From the NCBI RefSeq assembly GCF_009914755.1, contig NC_060929.1: 64,000 nucleotides of DNA. One strand, 5' to 3'. The position numbers and the translations under genes were made by a program. Under the pieces are notes generated by a model that saw nothing but the letters and a program-made list of their open reading frames with translations, was not told the origin of the DNA and made no database searches. This stretch comes from the human T2T-CHM13v2.0 reference genome, Homo sapiens. Shown piece by piece: positions 52,061 to 64,000 of this stretch; position 1 is the first letter of the stretch, and each line of letters begins with the position of its first letter.

Positions 52061-52327
52061 AGCTGGCATTTGCATAGAATGAGGAAACCAAGTACTTGGG
52101 AAGATTACCTTTCTTAAAAGGAACAACAAAATCACTTTTTCTTCCTCCTGGCAGTCTCGCGTTGGACTCTTTATCCCTGTGTGTCTTGCATACACTCTCT
52201 GTCTCTCTCCAATGCCTTCCCTTTCACTATCATCTCCTTTCTTACTCGGGTCAGAATGCCTCCGAGATGTGTGCCAGGAGCCACCTCTTGTTCAAGGTTG
52301 AGAAGTAATTCTGCCCCGGGACTCTGG

Positions 52328-52348
52328 TTCAGGACCATGGAGAGCATC
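52328..52348 (+). promoter_or_regulatory. REST/NRSF RE1 element candidate
   Basis: TTCAGGACCATGGAGAGCATC vs consensus TTCAGCACCACGGACAGCGCC with canonical 2-nt spacing. Confidence 0.6.
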
Positions 52349-54559
52349 CTATAAGGGAGCGGTCCTCTCCCAAAATAAAACAAGAACCAAGAACCCTGTG
52401 GAGAGTAAGGGAGCAGGTGAAGTAGAAGTAGGGCGGGGGGGTGGCAAAAGAGAAGGTTATGGGCCAAGGTCATTCCCAGCCTGGTCCTCCTAGAATGCAT
52501 GTCTCTGAAGTAGGACTCAGAATTTTTGCTGCCAGGGACCAAAGGCCTTGGTTCCTCCATACCCCCAGCCCCAGCCTCAACCACCACCACCACCACAGGG
52601 TGGGGAAGGAGAGGAGCAGCCTGTCCTTAGAGTGTGTGGTTCTGGAGCACAGCCCATGCCAGGAAGCTCTGGGAACCTTTCTGTGTAGAGTGCAAAGCTA
52701 AACACATGCACAGATCCTGGCACAGAGAACCATGTGACCCTCGAGCAGATGTTGGGGAGGCTGTGTGGGGTATGTTGGGTGTTACAACCCTACGGGTGAG
52801 GGGGTGCTCAAGGGTAGGGAGAATAGGAGACAGGAACCAGAGTTCTGTTAGGCTAGTTCATTCTGGCAGCTGCAGGCTTGGAGTGGGGGTCAGGCAGAGC
52901 CTTCCCTGGCCCCAGCTCTGAACTAATGGGACCCAGGAGTCTCCTCTTCCCTCTAGCAGCTCCCTCTGGATGGAACAAGGAGCCAGATTTCAGGAGCAGT
53001 CCAGATGTTCAGGGGAAATGCAGAGAAGTGGAGCAGATGGGACCTGGGATTCCTGTGGGGGCTGGGGAAGGAGGGCAGCAGCTGGAGGATGTGCTGGGGT
53101 AAGTACTAGAGCTAAGGCTGGCTTCAGCATGTGCCACGGCATGTGCCACAGTGTGTGCATAAGACATGGGGCTTGGTCAGAGAGCAGTCTAGGTCAGGTA
53201 GCCCTGGGTGCTTTCCTGGTACCAGCTACTAAGATCTGTCCTGAGCTGCCTCTAGCTGTGGCAAGGCCTGAGGGGTGTACCCTCCGTGCCAGGTGCTGTG
53301 CTGGGAAACAGAAGTGAGCAAGATAGACCTTGCCTCTGCTCTAGGAGAGTTCAGCCTTTCCCCTTAATGCAGGGCTCTGACTTTGGCCCAGGGAACCCAT
53401 GTTTCCACCCCGAGGCCAGAGTGGCCATTCCTTTAGAGCTGGAGAAGAAAAGCCTTCCTTGCCCAGAGGCCTGAGTGAGATGGCCCACACTGTCCCTTCA
53501 TTTTCTACCCTGGGAGACCAGTTCACCTTCCCACCCAGTGCCTCAATCCCTGGCCATGTCATCCCTGCTGTTCCTTGAAATTTCTATAGTTCTCGGGAAG
53601 CTGTGGGACAGACAAGGCAAAGGGGTCTGGACACTAATGGCAGGATGAATCTAGAACTGATATTGCTCCTGCCTTCCCCATGAACTCAAGAACCCTAAGG
53701 GCTTTTGTGTTCCACCCCTACTTTGCTGCATCTGGCTGTGGCCAGCTCATCATCATCACACCAGCCTGGGAGAATGGTCATGAGCTCCACTTGGTAGAAG
53801 AACAAACCAAGGTACAGAGAAGTAAAATCACGGGTTGACGGCACACCTCTTCAACAGAGCCTGTTTGAAGTTTGCATGGCTCTGTTTTTCCTCAACTCCT
53901 CCTCTAGGCAATATGGTCATTCTGGCTCTGCACACCAGCCAGTTGTGTAGCACCCTGGACTAGTAAGTAGCTTTTCCTCTCTGGGCCTCCATTTCCCTAT
54001 CTGTAAAACAAAAGGGCCTAAATAGGATTATCTTGAAGAGCTCTTCCCATTTTGCTGTGCTGTAGCATCAAAACCACCGTCTGTACTGGGACAGGGCGCA
54101 GTGGGGGTAGACTGCATGCTGATGGTCCCCTAACTGAGGCAAGGCACTGACCAATCTACCACTTCTGCCAGATCTGTGGGGCACCCTAGAATGTCAAAAT
54201 GCTTGGCTGGGGTGGGGGGTGGGGAGGATGGTCCTCTGTAGGCTGCAGTGCTAGGGTTGGAGTGGGGCTGAGGGAGCCCAGGCCCTGAGCCCAAGCTCTG
54301 CCTGCTGGGGAGGGAGAGCAGAGGGAGGTCTGGGGTGGAGAGTGGGGCTAGCTGGGCAGGCCAGAGCCATGTGGGCAGAGCCAGGCGGGCAGAGCAGAAT
54401 GAGGCTCAAAGCTCCAGGGCTTTACAAATGGATTTTGCTGAAATGGAAATTTCCACCCATCCCTGAAATGAGCCTGGCAGTAAGGCCAGGTTTGGTGGGG
54501 GCTGCGGCAGCTGGGTACGTGGACAGGGACAAAAGCCAAACTGTCAAAGCCTCTCAGGC

Positions 54560-55120
54560 CTATCCACCCCTCTCCATGCCACCCAGCCCCCTCCTTCACC
54601 TCCTCCTCTGCTCAGGTCCTCCAGGCCCTCAGGGACCTGCTCATTCCTCCACACCTTTTTCTACCCTTCTCACTTTCTCTCTAGCCACTCTGTGCACTCT
54701 TACATCCCCTCCACACCTAGCACCCCCACCGCATACTCACTCTGGCTGCCTGTCACCCTGCATACCCCTCCCGCCTCTCCCTCCACCTCTCCTTCACACA
54801 CCCCACACACCTGACACTTCCCTCCCCTCCTACTTTATCCTCACCCTGCCCTTTGACCCCTCACCTGCTTTGCGAACTCCTCCATCCTATCCACTCTACC
54901 TTCTATACCTGTTCACATGCCTGACACTTCCCCACTCCTGTTCACCCCTCACATCTCACACACCTCCCCCACACTTCATGTGCCCCCCTCACATCACTCT
55001 TTGGAATCCTCTCCTGCTCCTGACACTCCCGCACCCCCTACCACTCCCCTTGCACCCCGGCATGTACCACACCCCTCTCCCATCCCTAACCCTCTTCTCA
55101 CCTCCTTACAGCCTTCCACC
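54560..55120. repeat. C-rich, G-poor low-complexity tract
   Basis: About 550 bp of cccc/cacac/ctcct motifs with very few G on the + strand. Confidence 0.85.
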
Positions 55121-55625
55121 ATAATTCTAGGCCAAATATCTCCTGGGGAAGAGCAGTGCTGTAGGGTCAGAATCATAGCTCAACGCCTCCTGGCTGGGTG
55201 AGCCAGGAGGTTCCCTAATTTCACTGCAACTGTTTCCTCATCTGTAAAATGGCTTTGACAACTGCTCCTGCCTCTTGGGATTGTTGTGTGGATTGAGTGG
55301 GCCAATGCTTGTAAATCCCTTTGCCTGGCACACAGAAGTGTTGATCGTGTTTATTGCCATTTAGTTGAATTGCCATTCATTGATACTTTGGGGAAAGAGG
55401 TCAGAGGTGAACTTGATAGCACAGGGCCAGAGTAACAGGATAAGAGCTAACTAGGCTGCTGGGAAAGGTAGTCAGCAACCCAGCCTGCAAGTGATGCGTT
55501 GACAAAGGTGAGTCGACAAAGGTGTGGCGCTCTCCCTCCCCACCTCCCACCCCCAGATGGACTGAACCTGAGACACTCCAAGGAGCCTGGACACCCTTTC
55601 CTCCCTAGGTTGCTGCCGGCTATTG

Positions 55626-55639
55626 CCACTGGAGGGCAA
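55626..55639 (+). promoter_or_regulatory. CTCF-like motif
   Basis: CCACTGGAGGGCAA vs CCASYAGRKGGCRS. Confidence 0.35.
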
Positions 55640-57232
55640 CACACTGTCTCCCATGGACAGTGGGGTGTGGAGTGCTGGGAAGGGAGCTGCCTTCCATCAC
55701 CCAACAGGCTTTTCTAGGAGCTGGAGCAGGGAAGAGGACAGGGCGCAGGCTGGGACTGGGAGGTCCCTGGAGGGCTCTCACTGGCTCCCTGCTGAGTGGG
55801 AGCGAATGGGGAGAATGTCAATGGAGGACAGAGTGCAGGAGCCAAATGGGGTCGGCAGGAGAGGTGTGGGGCTCGACTTGTTGTGGATTCCTTCCAGGGA
55901 CTTCTGGTACTCAAGGCCTGTGTGGGAGTCGGGGACTGGCCTGGCCCCTCAGGAAACTGTGATCCCTGGAGACATTGGGATCCCCAGGACTGTGGGGAAT
56001 GAGCTCCTTTGGCCCAGTGTGGAAGGCAGAGAGGAAGCCAAGGCAGGAGTAAGTGGAGAAGACCCTGAAGGCTGAATGAAGGGGGGACCACAGGTGAGAG
56101 ACCTAGTGGCAGGACCCAGCGTAAGCAAGGGGAATCAAGAGGCTGATCTGGCTAGGACCTGGGCAGTGCAGGGGCATGTGTGGCCAGGCTCCAGCTCACT
56201 CCCCTAGGGCAGGGCCCAAGGAGCACAGCCACATGCCCTCATCCTCTAATTACATGTTGACTTATTACCCATTATTAATTAAACAGGAGCGCTGAGCTGC
56301 TCCAGGCTTCCTCCTGCCCCAGCCCCAAGTGCTGGGCACCAATCTTAGAGCCTGGGCTGAGCTGAGCCAATGATAGAAAGAAAGAGAGGTGGGAGTGTGG
56401 AGTTGTGGGGGACTGCCCCCACTGTCGGTGAAAGGGCAGTCACTGAGTGCTCACTCCGAGAAGTAGCCCTGGGTCTGGGGCCTGGAAGGAAGAGAAACGG
56501 ATGGGTAGAGGAAGGGGAGCTTCCTAAGGATGGGGCAAGGGAGAGGGACGGAGAGCCCGATGGACGTGGGGAGCTGAGGAATGTGTGGAGAGTTGGCAAA
56601 GTCTGGAGGTTTGAGAGGCCAGGGGTGGGCAGGTTAGGGATGGGTGACTGCTGGACCGGGGGTGGACTATGTCTCTAGTAACTGCTGCAAGGTGCAGAGC
56701 ATGTGCTTACGACCAAGGGGCTGCCTGTGAGTGAGGCTGAGCGTGTGCCTGCGGCTCTGCACTTGCGGGCTTGTTCCTCTGAAACTGGGTCTTTGTCGCC
56801 GTCTTGAACACCCAGCGCTGCGGGGGAGGGGAGGAAGCACCGGGAGATTGAATTACCTTTCAAATCTAAAGCCTGAATTCCTCCAGGCCCGGCAGGTGGG
56901 CGTGTGCACACATTCCCGAGAGCATTGTGGGATGTTGGCTGTCACTAGGGAGCCACGAGGTTTCCTTTCCACGGGCAAGGAAAAAGAGAAGCCTGTGACC
57001 CCGGAGAGGAGGAGGGAGCCAGGGAGGGAGAGAATATCTGACTTGGCCCCAGCCTGCAGCCCCTCAGACAGGACTAGGGAGGCCTTGGTTATAATCCTGA
57101 CACTGCTACGATCTAGCCACACGTGACACTGGCATATGACAACCTCCCTGGTTTTCTCATCTAAAAAGAGGATAATAATAGTGATAACAGCCGGCATGAA
57201 CCAGCCTTTGTGCCAGGCACTGTGCTAAGAAT

Positions 57233-57241
57233 TTTCTTTCT

Positions 57242-57272
<31 letters not shown>

Positions 57273-57526
57273 GAGACAGGGTCTGGTGCTGTTGCCCAGG
57301 CTGGAGTGTAGTGGCAAGATCAAGGCTCACTGCAGCCTAGACCTCCCCGACTCAAGTGATCCTCCCACCTCAGCACACCCCGTACCCCACCAGTAGCTGG
57401 GACTACAGGCACTGTGGGGTTTTGCCATGTTGCCCAGGCTGGTCTCGAACTCCTGGGCTCAAGTGGTCTGCCTGTCTCAACCTCCCAAAGTGCAGAGATT
57501 AAGGGCGTGAGCCACCACGTTCAGCC
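57233..57526 (-). mobile_element. AluJ with internal deletion of the middle A-rich linker
   Basis: gggactacaggcac joined directly to tgtggggttttgccatgttgccc. Confidence 0.88.
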
Positions 57527-57778
57527 CAGGCACTTTATTTCTTTATGTCTTCATACAACCCTATAGGGTAGGTATTCTTAACCTCCCTATTTTGAAGACG
57601 AGAAACCAGGCTCAGAGAGGTTAAGTGATTTTCCTGTGTCTCACACAGCTGGTAAGTGGGAAGGCTGAGACTCTGTCTGACCCCAGAGCCTTGCCCTGAA
57701 TAGCCTATGTTACCCATATATCAGGGGACAGGGGATATATGAGGAGTAAATGAGATAATGCACATAATGAAGTATTTA

Positions 57779-58372
<594 letters not shown>

Positions 58373-59701
58373 TTACTTAAAGACTTTGCTCCGGTGAGCG
58401 CCTCATTGGCCAGACATCTGGTTTCTCTGGGCATCCCCAGGGAATGGAAGTCAGACAGTATTACTTCAGTAGCTCTGATGCCATCTACCTCAGGCTGGCT
58501 TGTACTCATGGGGCTCAGGATGCTCCCCTGCAGAGTGGGGACCAAGAGCTACAGGCCTGGTCTAGAGCTCACTGGGAGGAAGTGGGAGTCCCTTCTGGCA
58601 GCCAGTTGGTCACTCTCCTCTCACCTGCTCCAAGCTAGAAGCAATGGGATTTGACCCCTGCACACACTCCTCCTCCCCCTCCTGACCTTTCCTCCTAAAT
58701 ATGGTGGTGGGTAATGGCCAGGAGCTGAGGAGGGCACTGAGGAAATCCTCCTCCATGCCGTTCCCCTCCGTAGTCACTTGGAGAAGAGGCCTGATGGAGA
58801 GGGGTCCACCAGGCGGCTGCCCGGGGCACTCATCTCTAAGGGGCACTAAAACTTCACTAGTCACCTAATGAGTTGGAGAAAAGAGTATCTACCAGGCACA
58901 AGCCGCTGTGGGGGTGGAGGGTGTTGGCAGGAACACTTCTATAAGCTGCTAGGTACAGAGGTGAGATCCCCAGGGGCCGACGGGCTACAATTGTTCATTA
59001 AACTCCCTTCCCTTCCGAGGGGGCGGGTCCTGGAGAACCAAAGAGTTTTGGTGAAGCTCAGTAGGGCCAGCAAGGTTAGGGCCGGCAGTGAACTGTTCAG
59101 CAGGTGGAGGAGAGGCTGAGGGCTGTGAGCAGGCCCCCTTCTCTGCACAGTCTCCGCGCAGCTTCTCTTCCAAATAAATATTGAACAAATATTGAAAGAG
59201 TGTTGGTTTGAAGAGGCACCAAATTATTAGCCTGCCCTTGGCTCTAATTTCCCAGTCCAACCCTGTTGCAAAAGTACCATAATGATGGCTTTAATGATTC
59301 CCTTCCTGTCTTGGTTCATGCCTGCATCTCATTCATTCATTTATTCATTCTCTCATTCACTCACTTAACAAAGCTTTCCAAGCACCTACTATGTGCCAGG
59401 CACTGTTCCAGGCACTAGCAATAAACAACAAACTGCTTCTTCCCTCCTACTTCTCACCACCTCCTGTGTGATTGAACCAGTAAGTGTTTAGAGTCTTGTG
59501 TGCTTAGATTGGATTGGGTGGGGGTGAATCAGAAGTCTGGAGCTCGGCTTCTGCCCCAGGAAGAAACCATTCCCTTGGGTGACAAGGAGCCATGGTAAAG
59601 GTACCATTTTTGTGCCTGTCCACAGCTTAGCCCCACCTCCCCAGCTTTTCTTGCCCTCAAGACCTGGTGTAGTCTTATAAATTCACTGTGTCCGGGAAAG
59701 G

Positions 59702-59703
<2 letters not shown>

Positions 59704-59745
<42 letters not shown>
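59704..59745. repeat. (GT)21 microsatellite
   Basis: Directly visible. Confidence 0.98.
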
Positions 59746-59749
<4 letters not shown>

Positions 59750-61069
59750 TTTGATATCAAGGAGGGTCTTTGCAGAGAGGCTGCATTCTCCCTAAGCATA
59801 GCTCTGAACTGGGCAGCTGGGTGTGGGGAGCTGGGTAGAGGGGAACAGCGGATGATTCTAGACTCCTCCCTCACACCTGTTGTACACCCCACCTGAGCCT
59901 CTCTGATGGGTAGCGTTGCCTACAGGAACCCAGCACCCAAACAGGAGACCAGGGGTTTCTCTCAATCACCTGGAGAGAGGACCTGCAGGAAGCCAAGAGG
60001 TAGGAGGGACCCTGGGACTTGACAGTCATATTCCCTGAGAAGTGCAACATACAAGACATCCTTAGAGCACATACTCTCTCTCGCCCACTACTACCACCCT
60101 AGGGCTCCACTCAGCTGCCTGGACTTCTGCACCTAATTCCAGTACTGAAAGGTAGGAAGAGGTCCAGTCCTGACAGGCTTGTCCCACCCATCCTACATGG
60201 CTTGAAGGGAGAGGGAGAGGAAACCCGTGAAGCCACTTTCGGGAAAGTGGGAAATCCCCTGCCCTAACCCTGGATCCTGGGCAATGGCTGCTGCCACAGA
60301 GGAAGGCTGTGAGGCAGGGGCGTATATGGGGAGAACTGGGGGCTGGGTCTTACATGCTCAGAAAGAGGGGGCCTATATCTGCACAGGCGTCCCCCCTACA
60401 CTGTCTGACAGAATGAGATGCGTCCTTGCCGTCTCTATTTTTAGTCAGAACTGGAAGGAAAGGAAGTTCGAGGGCCAAGCCACCAGCCCCAGCTCCTGCT
60501 GCCAGCACCCACGCCACGTGGTGCGGGGGCGCTGGAGGAGCCCCGAGTCCCAGCTCCTCGGGGAGGCAGGCATGGCTCACCTCCCACCTGCCAGCAAGGC
60601 TTGGGCCTGATGGATCTCCAAGCAAGGGGACATGCTCTGGGTTGGGGGCTGGGGAGGAAGCGCTGCCTCCTTTCCCTGCCCAAACACAGGGCTCTGCAGT
60701 AGGTCTTGTTGGCAAAGAAGGAGAAGGGAAAGGAGGAAGACCTAGTTTGGTCTCCCAAAAATAGGACTTTGGTAGCTCTGAGGTGCTTTCTTTTGTAGGT
60801 TCTTTGAATGGAACCCTGGCTTCTTCCTTCAACATTTAAACATCTTGACCTCTATTAGCAGTGTTTGGGGCTGGCTCTTCCTCAATAGGAGGCTTGTATG
60901 AGACAAGAGCCAAGAGACTCTCCTCCACCCGTCCTTCTGTAGAGCTAGAGGAAGAGAGGGAGTTTTTCAGAGTGTTCTCACTTCCCTAGGCAAGAGAAGG
61001 ACTCCTTGGCTGAAACCCCACAGCTGCTACAGTCATTACTTGTGGGTCAGAGAAAGGCCGTCCAGGTGG

Positions 61070-61290
61070 CAGTAGAGTATAGCGGTTAGAGCTTGGACTT
61101 CGCAGTCTGCAGACAGACCTGGGTCCAAATCCTGACTCCTCCACCAGCTAGCTGTGTGACATTGAGAAAATGGCTAAACTTCTCTGAAACTCTGTAAAAT
61201 GGGGATAATTACGGTTCCTACCTCATAGGATTGCAAGGATTAATTTAGAGCATGTGAGAAAATGCACACAGTATGTGCTCGACTGTTTAT
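61070..61290 (+). mobile_element. MIR SINE
   Basis: gtatagcggttagagc...cctgggtccaaatcctgactcc...ctgtaaaatggggataat. Confidence 0.85.
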
Positions 61291-61764
61291 GAAATTTTAA
61301 AAGCAGATTCGCTGCAGTCCCGGGTCAGAACCCCACTGTGTGGCTGATCTCTGGCCTATGTTGCAGAATCTATAGCTTTCAACAGATTCTTCAAGGGATC
61401 TAGGTACTCCAGACAGTTAAGAACCACTATTGACTAGTCTGGAAGTCAGGAGATGTGGGTGTTAGATCTTGTCTGCCTCTCACTCCTTGGGGAGGAACCA
61501 ACCTCCTCAGTTTTTCTAGCTGTTCCATGAGGGAGTTAGACCAACTGAGATCTATGGACCAGGTGGGGCATTGTCAGACTCTGTGGAGTCTGATGAGCAG
61601 TGATGGAGAGAGTAACCAGAACTGGGGCTTGGAGGGCAGGTTCCAGGAAAGTGGGAGAGGGCTCCATCTCACCCTTCCCAGGAGCCAGTTTGGTCCATCA
61701 GCCAACATGTCAGCCAGCCAGCAGACAGAAACTGAGCTGCATCCCTCCACCAACCCGGGAGGCT

Positions 61765-61778
61765 GTTGTCATGGCAAC
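61765..61778. promoter_or_regulatory. RFX X-box motif
   Basis: GTTGTCATGGCAAC, one mismatch to the palindromic X-box. Confidence 0.55.
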
Positions 61779-62619
61779 TTCATATTTATCCACTTTAGCT
61801 CCTAATTAAGGGGAAAAGCATATAACATATTGGATGTCAAGGCGGCTTTGTGAGCCTCAATTTAGCGGCCGTGCCTGGATGTCAAACTCAAGCGTGATTG
61901 CTGTTAATCACCTCCCAAATTACCAAGACAGGTCACAAAGGGAAAGGTCCCCAACAGTGGGGGCAGCTGAGCCCAGGGGAGATGAGGTGGTGGTAGGGGC
62001 AGAAAGGGAGACTTTGTTCCACAACATGACCTGGGGGTGCTGCTGGATGGATGCTGGCTCTGTGGGTGTCTGATTATGAGGTCTGTGGGAACAGTGGCTA
62101 GATCTGTTCTCACTGAGATCAGGGATCTCCACCCCAGAATCTCACAAACCAAGGCCCTTGGTCTGTAAAAATGGACTGACCAATTGATGAGCAAAGCGGC
62201 AAGTAAGGACCACGGGGTGGCCTCTGATGTCAGAAGAAAGATTGACAGATGACCAGGGCTGGTAAATTCAGGCTGACGTGGTATCTGGATGGATGAATGG
62301 ATGAATGCCACATGGCAGATGGCAGATGGAAGATCCACTCAGGAGAGACTGGCTGGATGGCTGGATTCACACGTTCATCTCTCATCTCCCAAGCAAGTGC
62401 CTGGCCTCTCTACTCCTATTTGGGACCCAGGGCATTCTCAGATGCCAGTTAGGTCAGACCCTGCTGTGGTTTTTCTTGCCTGCCAGTACAGGAGCTGTGG
62501 CCCGAAGCCATGCTCCTTGGGAGAAACTTTGGCAGGTTTCTGGGGATGTGGGAGGCAGGGAGTAGAGACTGATAGAGTAAGGTTAGGAGTTGGGGGCACA
62601 GAGGGGAGGACATCAGCAG

Positions 62620-62835
62620 TACAGGTAAGAGCATGAGTTATGGGGTCAGGCAGGCCTAGGGTAGAGTTGCATCTTGACTATTTACAGCTGTGTGGCTTTG
62701 ATCAAGTCACCTCACCTCTCTGCTTCTGTTTTCTCATCTGTCAAGCAGGCATGATGATAATTCATACCTCATAGGGCTTTGTGAGGACTTAGCAAGATGG
62801 TAAATGTAAGGCACTTGGCATGGTGCCCGGCACAT
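62620..62835 (+). mobile_element. MIR SINE
   Basis: caagtcacctcacctctctgcttctgttttctcatctgt...gtgaggact...ggcacttggcatggtgcccggcacat. Confidence 0.8.
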
Positions 62836-63139
62836 GGAAAGCCTTCAAGACAGGTAGGCCTGGAAAGGAGGAGCAGGAACATGGTGACTGTGGGCTGGGC
62901 CTGGAGGGAAGTCAAGGAGCATTTTCTCCGTGTTCCCTTTCGGTCAGGACTCCAAGAGAAAGAACTCACAGAAAGGAACCTTGATGGGAGGCCAGCTGAG
63001 AGGGCATGGAAATAACTGGAACTCACTGGGCCTGTGTGGGCTATTTCTCAGCTTAAGAGAGGACCATAGGGAAGGAGGCCCTTGTACTCAAAGTCCTGCT
63101 GTCAGATCCAGAAGGGTCCTTAATGATGCCCCAACCCGG

Positions 63140-63295
63140 GAGATCATTAGAACTACCTGGATGATTCCATAAGCTCTACTCTCTGGGGTTACCCCAGACT
63201 CCCTGAATGAGAATCTCAGGAGTAGGGCTTGGGATATTAGTTTTGAAATCCTCCCAGGATGGTCTGATAATCAGCTGGGTCTGGGACTTACTGGT
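63140..63295. mobile_element. MER5A-like hAT-Charlie remnant
   Basis: cattagaactacctgg...ccccagactccctgaatgagaatctcaggagtagggc...cctcccaggatggtctgat. Confidence 0.6.
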
Positions 63296-63474
63296 CAAAA
63301 CCAGAGGCCCCTGTGCATCAGCACTGGGAAGAGCTGGCAGGAGGCGTGAACAAGCATTCTTCCAACACATCACTTTTCATATATGGTATCGGGGTTCTGC
63401 TTAAAAATTTGCATTTGAACATAAAAAAAAATCTACAGCTAAAAAGTTTGAAAAACACCAATTATGAAAATGGT

Positions 63475-63800
63475 AATAACAATAATTACAGCTAACATTT
63501 ATTTGTTGTTTACTTTGAGCCAGGCACTATGCTAAGTGCTTCACATGGGTCATCTCTTTGAATCCTCTCAGTAGCTGCGGAGGTGGGTCGACTTGTTTAT
63601 ATAGAAGAGGAAACTGAGGTTCAGAGAGGTATGTCAAAGGTCACACCTTGTTAGTGGTAGATCCAGGATTCTGGGCTTCTGATTTCAGGCTGGGCCCTCT
63701 TCTTATTCTACAGTTGATGAAACGGTAGTCCCAAAGAGGTAAAGTGACTTTTCCAAGGTCACGAAGCAAGTTAGAGGCAGAGGAGGGATGAGAACCCAGG
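63475..63800 (-). mobile_element. MIR SINE fragments
   Basis: gccaggcactatgctaagtgc...gaggaaactgaggttcagagagg. Confidence 0.8.
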
Positions 63801-64000
63801 AGTTCTACCCATCCTCCTGCTCTCCAATCTCACCCTGAAGATGCATTGGGCAGAGAAAAGTTAAGGACAGACTGATCTGAGGGAAAGCATCTCAGCTCCG
63901 TCCCTCTGCTGTAGGCAGAGTCCTGGAAACAGCGGGTGGAGTGGAAGGGGCTTGGAAGTTTCCTGACTTGGAGGGACAAGGAGAAGCTTAGGACATGGTG

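Noticed and set aside
50999-52195. 147-198 aa ORFs on both strands
   Set aside because: CpG-island artefacts
54342-55124. 260-aa Pro/Leu/His/Thr-rich ORF
   Set aside because: Produced by the G-poor low-complexity tract, in which stop codons are scarce

Overview
This is primate (human-like) euchromatic, apparently non-coding DNA of roughly 50% GC. I recognise no protein-coding exon, tRNA, rRNA or CRISPR array. Nearly all listed ORFs are explained by Alu/MaLR sequence, low complexity or GC-rich CpG islands. The window holds two orphan CpG islands (~0.3-1.1 kb and ~51.2-52.1 kb) and about 15 Alus (J, S and Y types, several with visible target-site duplications). It also contains many MIR/L2 fragments, a short L1PA insertion, several MaLR LTRs and a nested MLT1A > FLAM > full-length MST provirus > Alu stack at 21.4-25.7 kb. 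Roughly ten repeat-free, homeodomain/TALE-motif-rich segments look like distal developmental enhancers. Other points of note are three strong RFX X-boxes, a REST/RE1 site beside CpG island 2, and an ~80-bp locally templated insertion inside an MLT1B LTR. There is also a length-matched inverted (GT)23/(AC)23 pair and a cluster of coding-like but unidentifiable exon-like segments at 28.5-34.3 kb (possible ancient pseudogene remnant). I cannot support a new biological system from the sequence alone. Repeat subfamily names and motif calls are by eye and need RepeatMasker/FIMO confirmation.
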